Assembly (NCBI RefSeq): GCF_006345805.1
Contig: NW_021833481.1
Coordinates: forward strand, 1-28,867
Length of the DNA stretch: 28,867 nt
Direction: 5' to 3'
DNA from: Octopus sinensis
Taxonomy: Eukaryota
Shown here: positions 21,390-28,867 of the stretch, in pieces
Numbering within the stretch: the stretch's first letter is position 1
Layout of the letters: each line of letters opens with the position of its first letter
Position numbers and translations under genes: made by a program
The notes under the pieces: generated by a model
The model's input: only the letters and a program-made list of their open reading frames with translations
What the model was told of the DNA's origin: nothing
The model's database searches: none

Positions 21390-21757
21390 GTGGAAGCACT
21401 CCGTCGGTTACGACGACGAGGGTTCCGGTTGATCCGATCAACGGAACAGCCTGCTCGTGAAATTAACGTGTAAGTGGCTGAGCACTCCACAGACACGTTC
21501 TCGGGGATATTCAGCGTGACACAGAGAGTGACAAGGCCGGCCCTTTGAAATACAGGTACAACAGAAACGGGAAGTAAGAGTGAGAGAAAGTTGTGGTGAA
21601 AGAGTACAGCAGGGATCACCACCATCCCCCGCCGGATCCTCGTGGAGCTTTTAGGTGTTTTCGCTCAATAAATACTCACAACGCCCGGTCTGGGAATCGA
21701 AACTGCGATCGTACGACCGCGAGTCCGCTGCCCTAACCACTGGGCCATTGCGCCTCC
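21390..21757 (-). mobile_element. SINE family A, tail type 4, full length
   Basis: 12-bp TSD tactttcccact at 21378-21389 and 21758-21769. Confidence 0.92.
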
Positions 21758-21924
21758 TACTTTCCCACTACGAGATATCACTACGGCGGAGAGTTGGTAG
21801 AGCGTGGTGGGAGCGTAGTGTAACTGGGACGACAGAGCATTATTAAATGGTTTCCACACGTATTTATTTGTGCAAAGTTATTGATTTAATAAAAGGAATA
21901 ACAAAGTCAATATTTGAGCAATGA

Positions 21925-22450
21925 TATACGTTCTGAGTTCAAATCCTGCCGAGGTCAACTTTGTCTTTCATCCTTTCAGGGTCGATAAATTAAGTACCAG
22001 TTACGCACTGGGGTCGATGTAATAGACTTAATCCCTTTGTCTGTCCTTGTTTGTCCCCTCTATGTTTAGCCCCTTGTAGGCAATATAGAAATAAAAGGAA
22101 TAAGAAGGCGTCAAACTGGCAGAATGGTTAGCACAACAACCAAAATGCTAAAAGGTATCTATCTGTCCTTATGTTCTGAGTTAAAATTCCGCAGAGGGCA
22201 AATTTGTATTTCATCCCTTTTTAACGGAGTTGCATCAGCATGGTCGCTGCTCTGAGCTGAAATTACAGAAAACAAAATCACTATTTTGAGCAATGATTTA
22301 CATTCCCAATTAAAATTCTGCCGAGGTCGACTTTGCCTTTCATCCTTTCGTGGTTGATAAATTAAGTACCAGTTGCGCACTGGGGTCGATCTAATTGACT
22401 GATCCTCTACCACAAAATTTCGGGCCTTGTGCCTAGTGTAGAAAAGAATA
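21925..22450 (+). mobile_element. Cluster of three family-B SINE fragments
   Basis: Repeated ttctgagttcaaat...gaggtc...tttcatcctt...gataaattaagtaccagtt body; the cluster is bracketed by tattt(g/a)agcaatgatat (21911, 22449). Confidence 0.8.
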
Positions 22451-22930
22451 TTTAAGCAATGATATCTATGTGTATTATTTATAGACTAGAAGACACGCTT
22501 GAAAATGAAATTCAAAAAGCATGTTTAAAAATACAATTCAAACAACCTGTTGAAACACATTCTTTAGAACCTCGAGATGCGATCTATTGTTAACAGTTAT
22601 TTGATCATAGATGTATCGGACACATTAAGCATTCAAGAGCGTAATATAGTCTCAAGAATATCTTGATATAACGTACGTTTTTTTTTTTTAAATTAGATCA
22701 TCATAGATGTTTGAACACGTAATGGGTAAGAAAGTGTTACGTACATTAATTCTAATTATAAACATCGGGGCATAGAAATCAGAAATAAACGGGAAATGTC
22801 GAACTCTCAAAGAATACTATGCTTTTAATTTCCTCAGCTCATATTGTGCAATCCGAAATCGTCAGTCGTCAACACGCGAATCGGTCGATGTTGTATGCTT
22901 ATTCTTTCGAACCCTTTCTTTATTGAACTT

Positions 22931-23229
22931 ATGGTAGCTTCTTTTTTTCCTCAGCGGATCAAGAATGCTATTTATTCACATTGAGAGGTCAGAGCTCCGG
23001 TACAACGGACATATGATTAGAATGTCATGGAAAAGAATCACAATGCAGATTCTTAAGATCGAGCTAACGAGAGGAGTTGACCAAAGACAAGAATGTTGGA
23101 TAATATCCATAGCCAATGGCCGTCCCTCTTGCGAATCCAGCAAAAAAAATATAACTGTTGTTTCTACCCATAACTATCCTCACAGGTAGAATGGGGAGAG
23201 AAAGTGGATGAACGAATGGGTGTAATATT
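22931..23229 (+). repeat. Segment A: decayed RTE-like LINE 3' fragment, duplicated directly at 24539-24837
   Basis: Translation IERSELRYNGHMIRMSWKRITMQIL resembles the RTE motif QLRWFGHxxRM...RIPKQIL. The two copies differ at one base seen by eye. Confidence 0.75.
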
Positions 23230-23240
23230 TACGATAAAAA

Positions 23241-23398
23241 AAATGTTCTAAAACCATTAAGTAAATCTTTACGAAGTCGGACAAATTAATAGCCATTTTT
23301 ATTGTAGATTACTATAAAATCGCTGTAACCCTATAATCATAAAGTTAAACTGAGATAGCAGGTTCTTTAAGATATAATCCCTTAAAATTTAGAATCTT
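23241..23398. repeat. Segment B: duplicated in inverted orientation at 24847-25004
   Basis: The 158-nt reverse complement matches with one mismatch seen by eye. Confidence 0.92.
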
Positions 23399-24142
23399 CG
23401 ACTCGTTCACAGCGGTCCATATGAATGATTATTTCGGATCTATTAAGATTTATCTATAAAACATCATCGAAATACAGAATTAATTTTCTGGTATGCAAAA
23501 TGATATAACTGTGTAGAATTGGAATAGTTGCATATTTGTGTGCAAATTGTACATCCTCCATTAAAAGGGCATCAAATGTACAAGGGATAAAGTCAATGAT
23601 GTCAAATGTATAAATTTGCAGCTGAGTTTATTATGTAAATCATTGAACTAATATGTTACGGAGCGAGTGTTTTCCTAGAAGGGAAGATAGTGGGCCGTTT
23701 AGTTTTCTCATTAAGCGCGTTAACGATAACCTTACCACGCCTATCTAATGTGATTTTGATTAGATTAATAAGCATGCATTAATAATTTTTAAAATGACCA
23801 GAAGTCTAAAGTCTAAACATTCGATCCACTCATGCATTCTAATGGCCACTGTTAATTGCTTTGCTCCTATATTATTGAGTTTTGTACCATCCTTTAGGAT
23901 TGTTCCTTGTATTACCTTCAACGAGGTTGTTACGAGAAGTTCATTATACAGTTTCTTCACCTCATAAATTTGTTTACCTCGTTCAAAGTTTATCATTGCT
24001 CTTTCTTCTTTAGCCTTTGATGGTTTTTATCATGTCTGTATATACGAAGTCTGTTCAAAAGGTGTCGGTATTGATACTTTAAAATGAAAACTTTAACGCT
24101 TATTAATTCGGCATTTAATCATATTCTAGGCAGAACACTTAT

Positions 24143-24397
24143 CATCATCATCATCTTCATTGTTCGACCGTGGTCGAGACAATGGAATTTACCATGCTAC
24201 GCCAGACTTCACGGTCCATCATGGCATTACGGAGGTCCTGTTGCTGGATGCCTGTATCCCTGGAGAATACATCAGGGTAGGAGAGTGTGCGCCCTCTGGT
24301 ATTGCGAGTAGATGGCTTCCAGAAGAGAAGAGTAGAAATTACCTCTTTTCCAGCTCTACAACAATGTCCAGCAAACTGGACTCTCTTACCTTTCACA
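24143..24397 (-). mobile_element. 5'-truncated RTE-clade LINE with TSD
   Basis: Translation VKGKRVQFAGHCCRAGKEVISTLLFWKP...DLRNAMMDREVWRSMV with a (TGA)n tail. 11-bp TSD agaacacttat at 24132-24142 and 24398-24408. Confidence 0.9.
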
Positions 24398-24523
24398 AGA
24401 ACACTTATTGTGAAGCGTCGTTTCCACTTTTGAAACATTCCTGGAACTCTTTTTTGTGGAATAGTAAGCTGCTGCCTCGTTACAATCTCTTGGATGTGAT
24501 CGACGTCGATGAAGCCTTTATTT

Positions 24524-25004
24524 AAATGTTCTAAAACCATGGTAGCTTCTTTTTTTCCTCAGCGGATCAAGAATGCTATTTATTCAGATTGAGAGGTCAG
24601 AGCTCCGGTACAACGGACATATGATTAGAATGTCATGGAAAAGAATCACAATGCAGATTCTTAAGATCGAGCTAACGAGAGGAGTTGACCAAAGACAAGA
24701 ATGTTGGATAATATCCATAGCCAATGGCCGTCCCTCTTGCGAATCCAGCAAAAAAAATATAACTGTTGTTTCTACCCATAACTATCCTCACAGGTAGAAT
24801 GGGGAGAGAAAGTGGATGAACGAATGGGTGTAATATTCTAAATTTTAAGATTCTAAATTTTAAGGGATTATATCTTAAAGAACCTGCTATCTCAGTTTAA
24901 CTTTATGATTATAGGGTTACAGCGATTTTATAGTAATCTACAATAAAAATGGCTACTAATTTGTCCGACTTCGTAAAGATTTACTTAATGGTTTTAGAAC
25001 ATTT
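24524..25004. repeat. Composite duplication block (B start, A direct, B inverted) bounded by 17-bp inverted repeats
   Basis: aaatgttctaaaaccat at 24524-24540 and atggttttagaacattt at 24988-25004. Confidence 0.9.
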
Positions 25005-25149
25005 AATATATATATTTAGATCCACGATTCGTCACCTCTTATGACTGCTCTCAAAAGTTCCCATTTTCCTCGACACAATCAAGGAGATACCGCTCGGCTG
25101 AGACCTGATCTTCATTCTGAGAAGACTACATTATACACATTTTACTTAC

Positions 25150-25372
25150 AAGCGGAGGCGCAATGGCCCAGTGGTTAGGGCAGCGGACTCGTGGTCGTAG
25201 GATCGCGGTTTCGATTCCCAGACCGGGCGTTGTGAGTGTTTATTGAGCGAAAACACCTAAAAGCTCCACGAGGCTCCGGCAGGGGATGGTGGTGATCCCT
25301 GCTGTACTCTTTCACCACAACTTTCTCTCACTCTTACTTCCTGTTTCTGTTGTACCTTGCATTTCAAAGGGC
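25150..25372 (+). mobile_element. SINE family A (tail type 4), 3'-truncated
   Basis: Complete head and core, broken at catttcaaagggcc where it joins the Dong fragment. Confidence 0.88.
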
Positions 25373-25546
25373 CAATGAGCACTATCTTTTGAATTTCTTC
25401 CATTTTGAGGTTTCCTGGTATCTGAGTTAGGTAACTATCAGTCCCTTTTGCTATCATTCCCAGGGCACCTATGACAACAGGTATTGTTTTAGTCTTCAGG
25501 TTCCACATTTTGCTGATTTCTATTTCAAGATCTTTATATTTGCTCA

Positions 25547-25548
<2 letters not shown>
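25373..25548 (-). mobile_element. Dong/R4-clade LINE fragment (C-terminal restriction-like endonuclease region)
   Basis: Translation LSKYKDLEIEISKMWNLKTKTIPVVIGALGMIAKG...EEIQKIVLIG; its 5' junction lies in (TAA)n. Confidence 0.78.
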
Positions 25549-25641
<93 letters not shown>

Positions 25642-25652
25642 CATCATCATCA

Positions 25653-25705
<53 letters not shown>
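25548..25705. repeat. (TAT/CAT)n microsatellite
   Basis: Directly visible. Confidence 0.95.
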
Positions 25706-25779
25706 CAGGTCACTGCCTGCAGTCGAACTCGGAATCCTGGTGTTAGCCAGCGCTCATAACCACTACGCCATATGCCCAC
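25706..25779 (-). mobile_element. Short tRNA-headed SINE-like element running into (AAT)n
   Basis: gtgggcatatggcgtagtggttatgagcgctggct...gattccgagttcgactgcaggcagtgacctgaataataat, with A and B boxes. Confidence 0.65.
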
Positions 25780-25784
25780 TGGGC

Positions 25785-26165
25785 ATCTTTTAGTGGATGG
25801 AAATAGTGAGAGCGGAGTGGTGGTGTATGCTGACAGAAATGTCGAGAAATTCGACGGAAGAGTTAGAGGTAGTGCAGGAGAATCCAAGGACAGGGTGGAA
25901 GGATTGGACAAAAGAGAGGAAGGCGTCTAGTTGCTCGCGGGAAAGGGAGATCGCGCCGACACAAGCAACGATATAACGACGGCATATTACGGGAGTGGGA
26001 CCATAGAATTGACTCAACCGATCCATCGATCAGGTTCAGATAGTTGGAGGCCTATTCCCATACTCCTGGCAATTCCCGAGAGCTGTTGGTGAAATTCCCC
26101 CGCGAACGAGAAGCATTTAAGGGACAGAACATGTTCGGCCACACGAAGGAATGTGAAGGGGTCAG
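25785..26165 (-). mobile_element. Penelope-like element reverse transcriptase fragment (decayed)
   Basis: RVAEHVLSLKCFSFAGNF, then after a frameshift QQLSGIA, then GPTPVICRRYIVACVG (RYIDD motif mutated) and FVQSFHPVLGFS...SVEFLDISVSI. Confidence 0.82.
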
Positions 26166-26291
26166 GCTGGGAGTCAGCAAGTTACTTACCACACAGCCAC
26201 TCCTGCGCCTATATGTATATATATATATATATATAAATATATATATATATATGTATATATATGTATATATATGTATATATATGTATATATG

Positions 26292-26600
26292 TGGAGGCGT
26301 AATGGCCTAGTGGTTAGGGCAGCGGACTCGCGGTGGTAGGATCGCGGTTTCGATTCCCAGACCGGGTGTTGTGAGTGTTTATTGAGCGAAAACACCTAAA
26401 AGCTCCACGAGGCTCCGGCAGGGGTGGTGATCCCTGCTGTACTCTTTCACCATTCTTTCTCCCATTCTTTCTTCTGTTGGCCTGCTCGCTTAGCCAGCGG
26501 GGTGGCGTCATTCGAAGGCTAAAACAATGCGAACGCATTGTGACCAGCGATGTGTAACTACATCTGATGGACTGGTCGGTCACGTGATATCACGTGATAT
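26292..26600 (+). mobile_element. SINE family A, tail type 1, full length
   Basis: Intact A and B boxes; the tail ends cacgtgatatcacgtgat followed by (AT)n. A family-C head fragment lies at ~26175-26210 just upstream. Confidence 0.92.
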
Positions 26601-26780
26601 ATATATAGAAGGTTGAAGAGGAACACACGAGTTGATATATATGGAAAAAAAAAGTCAATATAGAAAATGCTAAAATAATTTTAGAAAAAACATTTTAGTA
26701 CCAGTTTCAGTCGTTGGGACTTTTTTAGTGATTGCTTTTTCCATGAGTATGAGTAAGTATTTCACTTATATCTCGCGTAT

Positions 26781-26841
26781 TTGCCGCTGAAGAGGGGAAA
26801 ATTTATTGTGAATTAACCCCGAAATTGGACCAATACGGCAA
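26781..26841 (+). ncRNA. Minimal type I hammerhead ribozyme with intact catalytic core
   Basis: Stem I ttgccg (26781-26786)/cggcaa (26836-26841); CTGAAGA 26787-26793; stem II gggg/cccc (26794-26797/26817-26820); GAAA 26821-26824; palindromic stem III ATTGG-A-CCAAT; AUA triplet with predicted cleavage 3' of 26835. Confidence 0.85.
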
Positions 26842-27103
26842 TAACGAATTTTTTAGAAATTTCTATCGGTTTGTTTCGAGACGCATAAACTATAATGGTT
26901 ATTGACAATTTTTGGCTTTTTTTCGGCATATTTGGCATTAGAATTTTTATTTTGTAAATTATCTATAAAGTTAACCTGTAAATGTATTTTTTGATATGCT
27001 GGCCATTGATAAAATTTTTTTCCCGAAAAAAATTTTATCCTACATTAGTTGTATATATAATATATATATTCATTCAATCATATAAACATACATACATGCA
27101 TAA

Positions 27104-27144
<41 letters not shown>

Positions 27145-27168
27145 CATACGTAAATAGATACATGCTTA

Positions 27169-27380
27169 CTCTCTCTTTACTCTTTTACTTGTTTCAGTCA
27201 TTTGACTGCGGCCATGCTGGAGCACCGCCTTTAGTCGAGCAAATCGACCCCGGGACTTATTCTTTGTAAGCCTAGTGCTTATTCTATCGGTCTCTTTTGC
27301 CGAAGCGCTAAGTGACGGGGACGTAAACACACCAGCATCGGTTGTCAAGCAATGCTAGGGGGACAAACACAGACACGCAA

Positions 27381-27434
<54 letters not shown>

Positions 27435-27628
27435 CATATATATATATATATACATACATATATACGACAAGCTTCTTTCAGTTTCCGTCTACCAAATCCA
27501 CTCAGAAGGTATTGGTCGGCCCGAGGCTATAGTAGGAGACACTTGCCCAAGATGCCACGCAGTGGGACTGAACCCAGAACCATGTGGTTGGTAAGCAAGC
27601 TGCTTACCACACAGCCACTCCTGCGCCT
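27169..27628 (-). mobile_element. SINE family C, full length
   Basis: 13-bp TSD agatacatgctta at 27156-27168 and 27630-27642; internal (CA)n(TA)n tract. Confidence 0.93.
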
Positions 27629-28109
27629 AAGATACATGCTTATATACATATATACATACATAAATACATACATACATATATATATATATATACATACATA
27701 AATACATACATGCATATATACATATATACATATGTACGTACATACGTACGTAACTACTGCACTGATGTACGGAGCTGACAGGCTGCATCGCTTCAAAACA
27801 TCAAAATTCTATTAAGCTTAACATTAAAAATCCATAATATAAACCCTATGTTCAGCGATATTTCTTCTTTATTTGGAAATTCATTAATAAAGAGATGGAA
27901 ACTTGACATCCTCCTCTACAATTTTACAGATAAATTAATTTGAGATTTCGCATTTCTAATTACATATACGTTGCTAGACAAACCAACGCTATAAGGTGTT
28001 AACCCCAATATCCCTCGTTTTCCTTGCAAACATTTTATCAAACATTCAAATAACCGAAGCTAATTTCCGTTTAAGTGAATTTTCACAAATGGTATGCTAT
28101 CTCTTCTAA

Positions 28110-28339
28110 TCTCTTTTACTTGTTTCAGTCATTTGACAGCGGCCATGCTGGAGCACCACCTTTAGTCGAACAAATCGACCCCGGGACTTATTCTTTGTAA
28201 GCCCAGTACTTATTCTATCGGTATCTTTTGCCGAACCGCTAAGTGACGGGGACGTAAACACACCAGCATCGGTTGTCAAGCAATGCTAGGGGGACAAACA
28301 CAGACACACAAACACATACACACACAGACATATATACAT
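28110..28339 (-). mobile_element. SINE family C, 3' half
   Basis: Near-identical to 27170-27380; ends at its internal microsatellite, where a family-A copy begins. Confidence 0.88.
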
Positions 28340-28528
28340 AGGCACAATGGCCCAGTGGTTAGGGCAGCGGACTCGCAAGTCGCGGGATCGCGGTTTCGAT
28401 TCCCAGACCAGGCGTTGTGAGTGTTTATTGAGCGAAAACACCTAAAAGCTCCACGAGGCTCTGGCCGGGGGTAGTGGCGATCCCTGCTGTACTCTTTCGC
28501 CACAACTTTCTCTCAGTCTTTCTTTTGT
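28340..28528 (+). mobile_element. SINE family A, head and core only
   Basis: Same head as the other family-A copies; interrupted by the next SINE before any tail. Confidence 0.88.
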
Positions 28529-28529
28529 G

Positions 28530-28867
28530 AAGGCGCATGGCTCAGTGGTTAGAGCGTCGAGATTACGATCGTGAGGTTGTGAGCTCGAATCCCGGACCGG
28601 GCTGCGTGTTGTGTTCTTGAGCAAAGCACTTTATTTCACGTTGCTCCAGTTCACTCAGCTGTAGAAATGAGTTGCGATGTCACTGGTGCCAAGCTGTATC
28701 GACCTTTGTCTTTCCCTTGGATAACACTGGTGGCGTGGAGAAGGGAGGACTGGTATGCATGGGCGACTGCTGGCCTTCCATAAACACCTTGCCCGGACTT
28801 GTGTCTAGGAGGATAACTTTCTTTGTCTGTGCAATCCCATGGTCATTCATGACCGAAGGGGGTCTTT
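28530..28867 (+). mobile_element. tRNA-headed SINE with CORE-like domain
   Basis: ggcgcatggctcagtggttagagcg...gtgttcttgagcaaagcactttatttcacgttgctccagttcactcagctg, sharing head and centre with 9949-10213 but with a different tail. Confidence 0.85.

Larger units (their letters stand above)
24043..25125 (-). mobile_element. Internally deleted mariner relic interrupted by two later insertions
   Basis: TA plus TIR-like cgaagtctgttcaaaaggtgtcggtattga at 24043-24074. Minus-strand peptides LLDCVEENGNF, VIRGDESWI (the ITGDESW motif) and, after frame correction, EFQECF.KWKRR. Confidence 0.75.

Noticed and set aside
23760-23996. 78-aa minus-strand ORF MINFERGKQIYEVKK...
   Set aside because: No recognisable motif, no in-frame acceptor with a pyrimidine tract, and it abuts a mariner TIR. 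I cannot support it as a CDS.
24157-24540. 127-aa ORF as a single gene
   Set aside because: It is a chimera of duplication-block, mariner and RTE sequence, shown by the RTE TSD at 24398-24408.
26695-26732. Minus-strand ctaaaaa-agtc-ccaac-gact-GAAA-ctggtac (hammerhead-like)
   Set aside because: Two core positions are altered and I found no stem I pairing. At most it is a very decayed relic.

Overview
AT-rich, repeat-saturated eukaryotic DNA, most consistent with a coleoid cephalopod (Octopus-type) intergenic or intronic region. That assignment is inferred from the SINE heads, the RTE/Dong/Penelope mix and the microsatellite density. I cannot support any intact host protein-coding gene. Most ORFs in the supplied track are translations of microsatellites or fragments of retroelements. 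The window contains: a DD41D (rosa-type) Tc1/mariner relic (1-351); a 5'-truncated Tx1-clade LINE inside a (GATA)n microsatellite (~801-3843); fragments of RTE, CR1, Dong/R4 and Penelope; a Helitron with a nested CR1; pogo and mariner relics; and about 20 tRNA-headed SINE copies with modular tails. Structural features are an old head-to-tail duplication (~5480-9150 / ~9605-13400) whose copies give each other's empty insertion sites, a duplicated Asp-codon block, and a near-identical direct-plus-inverted duplication with template-switch junctions. The most notable result is a minimal type I hammerhead ribozyme with an intact catalytic core and a palindromic stem III (26781-26841), a second copy with one core mutation (11749-11802) and a third, degenerate candidate. 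Repeat boundaries are read by eye and are approximate (about 10-20 nt) unless a TSD or terminus is quoted.
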